From an uncultured virus (IMG/VR IMGVR_UViG_3300042691_036107) (lineage: Duplodnaviria > Heunggongvirae > Uroviricota > Caudoviricetes), in IMG/VR virus record IMGVR_UViG_3300042691_036107: a stretch of 64,000 nucleotides of DNA. One strand, written 5' to 3'. Numbering within the stretch: position 1 is the first letter of the stretch; each line of letters begins with the position of its first letter. This document shows positions 55,657-64,000 of the stretch, piece after piece. The position numbers and the translations under genes are program-made. The notes below the pieces were generated by a model. The model searched no databases. It had not been told where the DNA came from and worked only from the letters and a program-made list of their open reading frames with translations.

Positions 55657-57294
55657 ATGCCGGTCTCCGCATTGCAGAACCCGAACGATCGTCGGCGCAT
55701 CAACAAGATCGCGCGTCTCGCTGTCAAGGCCAAGGCCACGAACCCCGCGGAGATCCGCGCGGCCGTCAAGACCTGGCTGGAAGAGAGCAAGAAGCCCAAG
55801 AAGCAGCGGTCCGCCGCGTTCCAGCGCGGTGACGGCAAGGCGGCGATGAAGCACATCGCGTCCGGCCAGGCCAAGAAGCAGACGGCGAGCCAGAAGGCCC
55901 AGTACGCCCGCGTCCGTCGCGAGGTCGCGAAGTCGTTTGCGGCGCTCGGCGAGGGCTACGGTCCGTCGCGCGGTCGTCGTGGCCGCAAGGTCTCCTACGC
56001 CGGCCGTGCGGTTGCCGCGAAGGCCTCCCGCTACAAGCTCCAGAAGGCGACCAAGAGCGGCCCGGCGAAGGTCGAGAAGGACAAGCGCGGTCGTCGGATC
56101 GTGTCGAAGTCCGGCACGCAGCACTGGACGAAGAACCGGGCTGGCCGTCGTGGTCAGGACCGCTGGGGCAAGGTCGTTCCGTGGGTTCCGCTCGCCGAGG
56201 AAGGCAAGCGTCGTCCCGCGAAGTCCAAGCGCGGTGGTCCGGGCACGGCCTTCTCGGCGGCGTACCCCGAGGCCTTCGCTCGCGCTTCCGGCGGCTCCGC
56301 GCCCCGCGGCAAGAAGAGCAAGAAGAACCCGTTCGGCGCCCTCGCGCTGAGCAACTCGGGTGCGGGCGTCCTCGGCGGCACCGTCGGTGTCGTCCAGCAC
56401 CAGGCCCTGCCGCTGGCCCTCGGCCTCGCGACCGGTGCCGGTGTCCACGCCGCCGCCGTCGTCTTCGACGTGCCGGGTCGTGTCTCCGAGCGCGTGCCCT
56501 TCCTCGCGAACGTCCTCGAAGGTCCCGCCGCGTACACCGCGCAGGGTCTTCTCGTCGGCATCCCCGCGATCGCGGCGGGTCTCGCGGTTCGTGGCACGGC
56601 GGGTTCGTACCTGCTCAGCACCAGCGTCTCCGCGATCGCGTTCGGCGTCGCGACGGACTTCTTCAACTTCGTGGTCGACCGCTTCGGTGGTGGCAGCGAC
56701 AGCAGCGTGGACGCTGAGCTGGACGAGCTGGGCGACCTCGCGCTGACCAACGGCTTCGGCGACCTCGCCCTCACCAACACCAGCGCCCTCGGCGGCGTCG
56801 GCTTCGGTGACGGCATGGCCTACCAGACCGCTTCGCTGTCGGCCTCGGGCGTCGGCGACTACGCGCAGTCGAACCTCGCGGACGCGATGTACTCGGGCGC
56901 GGACTTCTCCTCGGATGAGGGCGCGGCGCTCGTCAACGGCCGTGAGTCCTGGATGAGGCGCTTCGGTGGGGCTCCCCACCGCGTCTCCGTGACCGGTCGC
57001 GGCAGCGGGCCCTCGCACCTCGCGGGTCGCGAGGGACACCGTTGGGGCTGGCTGATCAAGACCGTCGGTTGGGAGAAGGCGCAGGAGATCTGCGCTCTCG
57101 CCCCTGCCAAGCGGGTCGCGATCCTGAAGAAGATGCGTGAGACGGCTCTCGCGACCTTCAATCAGGAGATGGCGGCGGCCTCGGCCGCGGCTTCCACGAC
57201 GGCAGCCCTCCCGGCGGCCGGCACCGTGGCCACCGGCGCGTTCGGCGCCGAGAGCAACTTCCTCGGCGAGCCGGCCCTCTTCGCGGGCGCCTAG
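55657..57294 (+). CDS. K/R-rich core-like protein with central hydrophobic domain
   Basis: AAGGAGG RBS; basic N-half, hydrophobic middle, GDLALTN repeats; strong codon bias. Confidence 0.8.
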   Translation: MPVSALQNPNDRRRINKIARLAVKAKATNPAEIRAAVKTWLEESKKPKKQRSAAFQRGDGKAAMKHIASGQAKKQTASQKAQYARVRREVAKSFAALGEGYGPSRGRRGRKVSYAGRAVAAKASRYKLQKATKSGPAKVEKDKRGRRIVSKSGTQHWTKNRAGRRGQDRWGKVVPWVPLAEEGKRRPAKSKRGGPGTAFSAAYPEAFARASGGSAPRGKKSKKNPFGALALSNSGAGVLGGTVGVVQHQALPLALGLATGAGVHAAAVVFDVPGRVSERVPFLANVLEGPAAYTAQGLLVGIPAIAAGLAVRGTAGSYLLSTSVSAIAFGVATDFFNFVVDRFGGGSDSSVDAELDELGDLALTNGFGDLALTNTSALGGVGFGDGMAYQTASLSASGVGDYAQSNLADAMYSGADFSSDEGAALVNGRESWMRRFGGAPHRVSVTGRGSGPSHLAGREGHRWGWLIKTVGWEKAQEICALAPAKRVAILKKMRETALATFNQEMAAASAAASTTAALPAAGTVATGAFGAESNFLGEPALFAGA

Positions 57295-57380
57295 TTCGCT
57301 CCCTGTGATGCCGGCGCCGAGCTGATCGGCGCCGGCTCACGCAACCAGTTCTTCGCTTCACCTTCTCTCTGGAGTTCACC

Positions 57381-58058
57381 ATGAACCCGCTCGTTTCCCC
57401 CGGCGCCGGCCCCATCCCGGGCGTTCCGGCCCAGCAGCCGACCAACCTGTTCCGCTACGGCGAGATCACGCTGTACTCCTCGCACGCCTTCCCGGCGGCG
57501 ACCGCGCTGGCGAACACCGCCAACCGGATCTTCGTGACCGCGCTCGGCTCGCAGGGCCAGGGCTTCACCGGCGCGCTCACCAAGAGCGAGACCAACCTGA
57601 AGGAATCGGGCCGTATCCCGTCGGGCCAGGCCTACGACGTGTACGGCGTCGCGACCCAGGTCCTCGCGGGTACGTCTGAGGCGAGCCTCGCGCTGCCGTT
57701 CAACGACGCGACCGCCACGGTCGCGGCGCTCCAGAACATCGTCAACAACGGCGTTCTGGCCTGGGACTTCACCCAGACGAACATCGACATCTGCCCGGTC
57801 ATGCTGGCCGGCGCCGGTGGCGGTGTCTACGGGTCGATCTCCCAGAACGCGGCCGGCGCCAACGCCGGTGCGATGAACAACGGCAACGGCGGCATCTGGA
57901 TGTACCGCAAGCACCCCGTCGCGCTCCCGGGCTCGACGACCTTCGCGGTCATCATCCAGTTCGGCAGCCGTGCGGCGGCGATCCCCGGTGGCTTCGCGGT
58001 GTCCATCCGCGTCGTCCTCCTCGGCTACTACCGCAGCGTGATCGAGATCGGCAACTAG
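57381..58058 (+). CDS. candidate single jelly-roll major capsid protein
   Basis: 225 aa, beta-rich, strong codon bias, double terminator; TKSETNLKESGRIP motif recalls vertical single-jelly-roll capsids (unverified). Confidence 0.5.
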   Translation: MNPLVSPGAGPIPGVPAQQPTNLFRYGEITLYSSHAFPAATALANTANRIFVTALGSQGQGFTGALTKSETNLKESGRIPSGQAYDVYGVATQVLAGTSEASLALPFNDATATVAALQNIVNNGVLAWDFTQTNIDICPVMLAGAGGGVYGSISQNAAGANAGAMNNGNGGIWMYRKHPVALPGSTTFAVIIQFGSRAAAIPGGFAVSIRVVLLGYYRSVIEIGN

Positions 58059-58064
58059 TCGCAT

Positions 58065-58143
58065 TCAACCTGGGTTTCGGCTCAGGTTGACTGCTACGAC
58101 GACCAACCCTCGGGTGCTTCGGCACTCGGGGGTTGTGTCGTTT
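58065..58143 (+). terminator. two tandem UUCG hairpins
   Basis: TCAACCTGGGT-TTCG-GCTCAGGTTGA and AACCCTCGGGTGC-TTCG-GCACTCGGGGGTT...TTT. Confidence 0.75.
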
Positions 58144-58568
58144 CAGAGACCGAGGTGAGGCGGGCGCGGCCGAACTCCGGCTTCCAGCGACTGAACATCG
58201 TGAACATCGTAGTAAATGGGGTCGCCCCAAACGAACTCGGCGATCGCATCGGCACGCCGCTCGATCGTGAGCGGGAAGTGAGGCGGAAGCGCGACAACAC
58301 CAGAAAGATCGACGATGTGACCGATCTCGTGACGGATGATCGCGTCTGTGCGGGCTTGTGATTGCTGCTCGATCTTCCGGGCGAACGTGAGCCAGAACTG
58401 AGTGCCGTCCGTCTTGGTTGTGGCAAAGCCTCTTGCGGACGAGAAGTGGGCTGACTCCCCGAAGTCCCAGCTCACCTGTACGCCGCCCAGCTCAGGGCAC
58501 TTCTGGCACGCTTCGGTCCACCGCTGCTGCAACAGTCGTCCTACTGAGGTGTTATGCGTCATGGACAT
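58143..58568 (-). CDS. HExxH metallopeptidase-like protein
   Basis: IIRHEIGH...ERRAD. Confidence 0.6.
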   Translation of the reverse strand: MSMTHNTSVGRLLQQRWTEACQKCPELGGVQVSWDFGESAHFSSARGFATTKTDGTQFWLTFARKIEQQSQARTDAIIRHEIGHIVDLSGVVALPPHFPLTIERRADAIAEFVWGDPIYYDVHDVQSLEAGVRPRPPHLGL

Positions 58569-58580
58569 TTGGAGTACCTC

Positions 58581-59333
58581 ATGCGAATGTGGAGTCCCGA
58601 AGAAGATGCACGGACGCTGGCTGAACAAGGTGTCGAAGTCTGGGCGCATGTTGTCAACGCACCTGGCCGCTACTACGTGTCAAATCTCGGGCAAATCGGA
58701 AGTACAGTCGTCGGGCGTGTTCGTCCACTCAACCCTACTCGAATGAACAGCGGTTATCTGTCCGTTGGAATCTACGAAGATCGAGGGGAGCCCGCAACTA
58801 CCTGTCTGATCCATCGACTCGTTGTCGAAGCGTTCGACGGCCCCGCGCCTGAAGGCAAGACCGACGTTCGTCATCTCGACGGGAACCCACAGAACAACCA
58901 CCTGACCAACCTCTGCTGGGGCACGCGGTCGGAGAACATGCTCGACGTGCTTCGGCATCGACAGATAGGACGGCCCGCACTTCCATCCGAGATCGAAGGC
59001 GAGAACTGGTATCAGGGGTACACGGCGGACAGCTATCTCGTGCAGACTGGGTTGGAGTTCTTCGCCGAACGGAAGCTCGATCTTGTCGATCTGACTCGAT
59101 TCTGGCGTTGCTCACGTGATGTGGCGGCGAACATCGTGCGCGGCGTGACTCGGAAGGACGTGAACCGGCCCGAGGGGGTTGATGCGGCCCGGCGACAGCG
59201 CCGTCCCCCCGCAGAACGCGAACTCATCCTACGCCTCATCCGCGAGGGGAAGTCGCGTGAGGAGGTCAACACGACGATTCAGGGTAAGCCGCTGACGCAT
59301 CAGGACTTCTACAACTACAAGCAGCGAGTCTAG
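58581..59333 (+). CDS. NUMOD4-HNH endonuclease
   Basis: YYVSNLGQI, IHRLVVEAFDG, VRHLDGNPQNNHLTNLCWGTRSEN. Confidence 0.85.
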   Translation: MRMWSPEEDARTLAEQGVEVWAHVVNAPGRYYVSNLGQIGSTVVGRVRPLNPTRMNSGYLSVGIYEDRGEPATTCLIHRLVVEAFDGPAPEGKTDVRHLDGNPQNNHLTNLCWGTRSENMLDVLRHRQIGRPALPSEIEGENWYQGYTADSYLVQTGLEFFAERKLDLVDLTRFWRCSRDVAANIVRGVTRKDVNRPEGVDAARRQRRPPAERELILRLIREGKSREEVNTTIQGKPLTHQDFYNYKQRV

Positions 59334-59399
59334 AGCACCCGATCTTGTCGCCTGACCGCGCGATCCGTCGTACGATGATTGCGCCAACAGGGACGAATC

Positions 59400-61400
59400 A
59401 TGTCGAGTCTCTACTCGTTCGAGGGCTCCAGTACCACACCCGCGGCGCCTGATTCGGGTGTCGTCTCATCGGCCAACAGCTCCAGTACGCCGTTGGCCGG
59501 CGGTGCGACCTTCACGGGAACGTTCGAAGACCTGCTGCCGTACGCGAACCTGTCCGTCGCGTGTGCAGTCACGCCGACGAACGCGACGGGAACGGTTTAC
59601 GCGGACTTCTCGACCAACGGGGTCGATGTTGACTCGACGGTTTCGTGGCCGATCGCGAACGGTACGATCGGCGTGCCTCACTTCCTGACGACCAGCAGGC
59701 GGTATTACCGCATTCGAGTGGTCAACGATGCGACGCCCCAAGTGACGATGCGCTTGCAGGTGTTGCTCTACTACACGGCCCGCATTGCGATCCCGACGAC
59801 ACGCATCACGCAGACGATCGATCCGTACTCGGACGCGCTCAACGCTCGCGCCGTGATCAACGGGGCCAACCAGAACGGAACGACCTTCGCTAACGTCGGT
59901 ATCTCTGAACGTGATGCTCTGCGCGTCGAGATGGCCGGGCCGTTGGGGGCGTTCGGCGAACTGATGACGATGGAACTGAACCCGCGGGTTCAGATTGACG
60001 CTGTGTATGGGCTGCCCACGACGGACACAGAGACGTTCACAGGTTCGACAGGTAGCGCGACCGGAGTGAACAGCCTCTTCACATGTCAAACTGGCGTTGG
60101 TATCGGCGGTTACGGCGTCATCCGTTCCAGGCGCACCGTGCGCTACATGCCAGGTCAAGGGCTTCGGCTTCGCTTCACCGCAGCTTTCACATCACCTGGC
60201 GCTGCGTTGAGCCTGCAACTGGCTGGAGGCTTCACAAGCACAGACGGACTGTTCTTCGGGTTCAACGGCACGAGCTTCGGCCTCTTGCGCCGCATCGCGG
60301 GCGCAGCCGCGATCATGCGCCTGACGGTCACCGTGGGCACGGGAGGCGCGGAGACAGCAACCGTCACGCTCAACGGCGTTGGCTTCGCTGTGGCTCTCGG
60401 GGCAGGACTCACGACGGCGCGCGTGGCTGAGGAGATCGCCGAGCGCGTGGGCGGGTACACGGGCTGGACGAGTGCAGTGTCTCCGCAGAGCAACGGCTCG
60501 ACTGTCACGTTCATCCAGGGCACGCCAGCTACTACGGCAGGCGCGTTCACGCTCACTTCCACCGGAACCGCGGCAGGAACATTCGCGACTGTTCAGGCCG
60601 GCGCGGCGAACGACGACACGACAGGTTTCGTCCCCCAAGCGAGTTGGAACGTCGACACACTCGATGGCTCGGATACGGCGAGCAACCCGTCGGGCATGAT
60701 GATCGACCCGACCAAGCTCAACGTGTTCGAGATCGTCTACCCTTACCTCGGGGCAGGCTCGATTCGGTTTCGCGTGCAGACTACGAACGGGAACATGGTG
60801 ACAGTCCACCGCATCGAGTACCCGAACACGGCAACGATCCCGAGTCAGAAGAACCCCGTCTTCCGTTTGGGTTGGATCGCCGCGTCACTGGGTTCCACGA
60901 CGAACCTCACGGTTATTGGTGCTTCTGCGGCCGGTTTTGTCGAGGGCCCGCAGTTTACCACGCGAGATCCATTTACGTTCAGCACGAGCTTCACAGCGGA
61001 CACGAACAACTACGTGGCATTCGCGCTCAGGTCGCGGGGTGACTTCGGGGGGACTGTCAGCCAACGCCTTGTCCTGCCGCACACGTTGATCACAGCACTT
61101 GAGACGACGAACCGTGTTGTTCGTCTTCAAGTCTACATCAACCCGACGCTCACAGGCATCGTGAACTGGCAGTACGTGAATCAGTCGTTGTCTTGCATGG
61201 AGTACGCGACGATGACCGCGATCACGCCGTCCGGCGGAACGATCGTGTCGTCTGGGGCTGTGCCGAGCGGTTCGCCTTACGACATGGAGATTCACGAGTT
61301 GGACCTGCGCCTCGAAGCAGGGGACATCATCGTGGTGACCGCCCAGGCCGTTTCAGGTTCGGCCGTGCTCTACACGTCGATGAACTGGCAGGAGATCTGA
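59400..61400 (+). CDS. beta-rich putative virion spike/receptor-binding protein
   Basis: T/G/A-rich 666 aa; RYMPGQG, DGLFFG, YLGAGSIRF; ends WQEI. Confidence 0.65.
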   Translation: MSSLYSFEGSSTTPAAPDSGVVSSANSSSTPLAGGATFTGTFEDLLPYANLSVACAVTPTNATGTVYADFSTNGVDVDSTVSWPIANGTIGVPHFLTTSRRYYRIRVVNDATPQVTMRLQVLLYYTARIAIPTTRITQTIDPYSDALNARAVINGANQNGTTFANVGISERDALRVEMAGPLGAFGELMTMELNPRVQIDAVYGLPTTDTETFTGSTGSATGVNSLFTCQTGVGIGGYGVIRSRRTVRYMPGQGLRLRFTAAFTSPGAALSLQLAGGFTSTDGLFFGFNGTSFGLLRRIAGAAAIMRLTVTVGTGGAETATVTLNGVGFAVALGAGLTTARVAEEIAERVGGYTGWTSAVSPQSNGSTVTFIQGTPATTAGAFTLTSTGTAAGTFATVQAGAANDDTTGFVPQASWNVDTLDGSDTASNPSGMMIDPTKLNVFEIVYPYLGAGSIRFRVQTTNGNMVTVHRIEYPNTATIPSQKNPVFRLGWIAASLGSTTNLTVIGASAAGFVEGPQFTTRDPFTFSTSFTADTNNYVAFALRSRGDFGGTVSQRLVLPHTLITALETTNRVVRLQVYINPTLTGIVNWQYVNQSLSCMEYATMTAITPSGGTIVSSGAVPSGSPYDMEIHELDLRLEAGDIIVVTAQAVSGSAVLYTSMNWQEI

Positions 61401-61475
61401 TCGTACGCGTAGCACTCGGATCTCCTTCCGGTTCTTCCACCTCGCGCTAGAATCAGACAACGCGAGGTTCTCAAC

Positions 61476-62039
61476 ATGTCTCACGACCAGTACCGCTCCG
61501 CCAACGTCGCGATGCCGTCGTCCGCTCAGCTTGGCGGCAACCCCGACGCGGGCGTGCCGTCGTTCATCCGGTTCCCGTTCTACCCGACCTCGCCCTGGTA
61601 CTCGACGAATCCCAACGTCGGCTATCAGGTCCGGTACTACTCGACGGGCGTGCTCAGCTCTGATCTCGACTTCGCCGTTGGGTCCGAACTGATGCGGACG
61701 ATCCAGTTCGACCTGCCATGCCGCGTGATCGGCTTCAACGGTGCGTCGGTCGACTTGACCACGCCGTCGACCGGCCCAATCAACGAGTCGAACATGAACC
61801 TGATGTACCTCATGCGTGTCGAGTACACGATGGGGGACAAGCTGCACACGTCTGCGCGGCTGGGTTCTACGGTCGTCGGCACCGCCCAGCGCCCCGGCGA
61901 GATCGGCGGTCACGGCTACAACATCGATCAGGGTGCGTCGCTTCAGGTGTTCATCACGCCTCTCGTGGCAGACATCCGGATCGACATCACCGCGATCTGC
62001 CTGGAGATGCGCGCGCCGCGCAACTACACCATTCGGTAG
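61476..62039 (+). CDS. putative minor capsid/vertex jelly-roll-like protein
   Basis: 187 aa beta-strand pattern in the structural cluster. Confidence 0.5.
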   Translation: MSHDQYRSANVAMPSSAQLGGNPDAGVPSFIRFPFYPTSPWYSTNPNVGYQVRYYSTGVLSSDLDFAVGSELMRTIQFDLPCRVIGFNGASVDLTTPSTGPINESNMNLMYLMRVEYTMGDKLHTSARLGSTVVGTAQRPGEIGGHGYNIDQGASLQVFITPLVADIRIDITAICLEMRAPRNYTIR

Positions 62040-62047
62040 GAGGCTCC

Positions 62048-62758
62048 GTGCCCCAGGATTACCCGACGCAGTTCGGGCGGAGCGACCTCTACCCGAACTC
62101 GAACGGGACGATCCCCGCTCCGCCGCCCAATCCCGCGAACGTCCCCGTTCCGCTGTATTTCAGCGCGACGGCGACGTTTACCTGGACGTTGTTCCAGACC
62201 ATCACCGAAGTCGACGTGAACGCGGCTTTCCCTCCCGGGTATGTCTTCCGCTCGACTTGGACTTCGCCGGCCTTCGACCTTCGCCCGGACATGCGTTCCG
62301 GGCAGGGCGCTGCGAAGGAAGGCGCTGCGATCTGGAGTCGGTCAGCCCGGCTCTACTACACGCTCATGGCGCCCTCTACAGGCACGGGATCTCGTGCCGG
62401 GTTGTCGACGCTCAACCTGAACGTGGCCGCACAGAACTTCACGGCTCCCGTGGTGAACATCACGAACATGGGCGCGCCTGCGGAAGGCATCAGCGCAGGC
62501 GCTGGACTTCAGGCTACCCCACCGACCGACGTGTCTGGTCTGTTCGCGGTGCCCCCCGGTCTCGGAACAGCCGTGACCTCGGTGTTGGTCGGCTTCGCGC
62601 CTCCGGGCACGACACTCGGCATGGGCGAAGGCTACCCGATCCGCTACTGGCGTCTTCAGCTCACCTTCGATCAGTTCGTTGCCACCACGACGCGTCCTGT
62701 GCCTGTCACGCCTGATGTGTCTCCTACCTCCTACGCCTTCGTGGCCGCGGTGTACTAA
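62048..62758 (+). CDS. putative structural protein
   Basis: AGGAGG RBS + GTG. Confidence 0.6.
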   Translation: MPQDYPTQFGRSDLYPNSNGTIPAPPPNPANVPVPLYFSATATFTWTLFQTITEVDVNAAFPPGYVFRSTWTSPAFDLRPDMRSGQGAAKEGAAIWSRSARLYYTLMAPSTGTGSRAGLSTLNLNVAAQNFTAPVVNITNMGAPAEGISAGAGLQATPPTDVSGLFAVPPGLGTAVTSVLVGFAPPGTTLGMGEGYPIRYWRLQLTFDQFVATTTRPVPVTPDVSPTSYAFVAAVY

Positions 62759-63264
62759 TGCCGAGCATCGACGCGAACCCGGCATCCGGCGCCTCCGTCG
62801 TCGCGACCGCACAGGTTCTGTACCGGCGACTCGTGATTTTCAAGGGCGTGAGCAACTTCGGTCCGAACCCCGGCGTTGTCACGAATTCGGCGACGACGAT
62901 CCGGACTGAGACGACCGTGGCGGTCAACAGCCTGCGGACGGTGATGTTCCACCTGTTCCTGTTTCCGCAATACTTCCGCACGGATGTCACCTTCCTCGCG
63001 CGGAACACGCTGGCTTGGCGGCCTGTGTTCCAGATGCCGCCCGACTCGTACGCGAACGGCGGAACGGGAAGCTACGTCGATGTCGCGACGAACGACTGGC
63101 TGCCGTTCTGTGCGCCACTCTTGCTTCCTGTCGGCGTGCCTTCCATGTTCGAGGTTCCATGCGGAGGCGCCGAGCGCGTCGCGATCGAAGTCTTCGCACC
63201 CGACGACGTGCTTCCAGCAGATCAGGGCCAGGACCAGATTCTCGTTTCCATCTCTGCGTCGTGA
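62758..63264 (+). CDS. putative structural protein
   Basis: TAATG coupling; beta-rich. Confidence 0.6.
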   Translation: MPSIDANPASGASVVATAQVLYRRLVIFKGVSNFGPNPGVVTNSATTIRTETTVAVNSLRTVMFHLFLFPQYFRTDVTFLARNTLAWRPVFQMPPDSYANGGTGSYVDVATNDWLPFCAPLLLPVGVPSMFEVPCGGAERVAIEVFAPDDVLPADQGQDQILVSISAS

Positions 63265-63271
63265 GGCTCGC

Positions 63272-64000
63272 GTGCGTCCAGGCGATCGGATCGTTCTCCA
63301 GGGTCAGCCCGGTACGCTCCAGCGGCTGATGCCGCAGGGGATGGCTGACGTGCGCCTGGACGGGCGGACGTTCGACCAGCGATGTGCGCTCGATCGATTG
63401 CAGCCGCTCGCGAAGAGCAACCCGGCCCGCCGGAACCCTCGACCCGATCGTCTTGCCCGGCGCCCGCGCCGGGCTCGCCGTAACAGCGGCGAAGAGGTGG
63501 ACAGCGAGGGAGTGGCGGAAGCTGCAGCCGCCGCAGCCGCTGCTGAGGCCGAAAGCGACATGCGTGCGCGGCAGCAAGCCCGTGCCGCCCGTACCGCCCG
63601 TGCAGAAGCGGAAGCCGAGCGCGTCGCTGGGCAGCAGTTGGAGAAGAAGGCTGCCCACCGGATGGCGTCGTTCGACCTCGACACCGTGCGGCGGGAAGGC
63701 GCTCGCGTTCATGTTCGTCAGGATCGGCCTCGTGTCGCTGTCGACTCGACAGGACAGCTCGCCTACACCGGCAACCCAATCGACGGCGCGGCCTACTACT
63801 TGATCGTTGATGAGAGCACGAAGGACGACTGGAGCTGGGTCAAGACGCAAGACGTGTTCAACGCAGCGCAAGAAACCCGAACGCTGCCCGAGAACGCGGT
63901 GCTGTACGGGGGCGGCCGGAGTGTGGCTGTTCAGTCTAGCAAGTCGCTGCCGTCCATCCTTGGCGAGTTGGGCTTCTACGAACTCGACCGCCGACTCCAG
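63272..64000 (+). CDS. 3'-truncated protein with N-terminal PGDR (SH3-like) domain and RRNP motifs
   Basis: Manual: MRPGDRIVLQGQPGTL...KSNPARRNP...RARRNSG; open to window end. Confidence 0.7.
   Translation, partial: MRPGDRIVLQGQPGTLQRLMPQGMADVRLDGRTFDQRCALDRLQPLAKSNPARRNPRPDRLARRPRRARRNSGEEVDSEGVAEAAAAAAAAEAESDMRARQQARAARTARAEAEAERVAGQQLEKKAAHRMASFDLDTVRREGARVHVRQDRPRVAVDSTGQLAYTGNPIDGAAYYLIVDESTKDDWSWVKTQDVFNAAQETRTLPENAVLYGGGRSVAVQSSKSLPSILGELGFYELDRRLQ

Noticed and set aside
63384..63803. ORF-track 139-aa + strand ORF
   Set aside because: The overlapping frame from 63272, open to the window end, has better coding character and recognisable motifs.

Overview
High-GC, gene-dense segment that reads as part of a large virus/phage genome; no cellular housekeeping genes, terminase, portal, tail genes or reverse transcriptase were recognised. 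Left part (1-~34.8 kb): almost entirely + strand, translationally coupled small accessory genes, plus a MoxR-like AAA ATPase/vWA-peptidase pair, a large vWA protein, a GHKL-type ATPase, a DUF932-like and a ParB-like protein. Right part (~35.6-64 kb): a putative virion module (ECF sigma factor, transglutaminase-like protein, small C-terminally membrane-anchored proteins, a basic core-like protein, candidate jelly-roll capsid proteins, two HNH nucleases), most compatible with a tailless membrane-containing virus (inference). The standout is an apparently split formylglycine-generating-enzyme (FGE/CLec-fold) system. One FGE-like gene (7492-7947) stops just before the family's C-terminal RGGxW...GFR segment. 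Three tandem arrays (16+10+5 = 31 micro-ORFs of ~50-65 aa, found by manual translation) each encode a different version of that missing segment followed by an RRLxPAQxLxEV tail. A related (T/S)PAExL motif tags about 20 more unrelated proteins. Also seen: a minimal tRNA-like element, duplicated palindromic operators, recurring TGTCA-N2-TGTCA and TAGCAC motifs, and a basic-NP (RRNP) motif shared by putative virion proteins. All calls come from motif recognition only; no searches were run.
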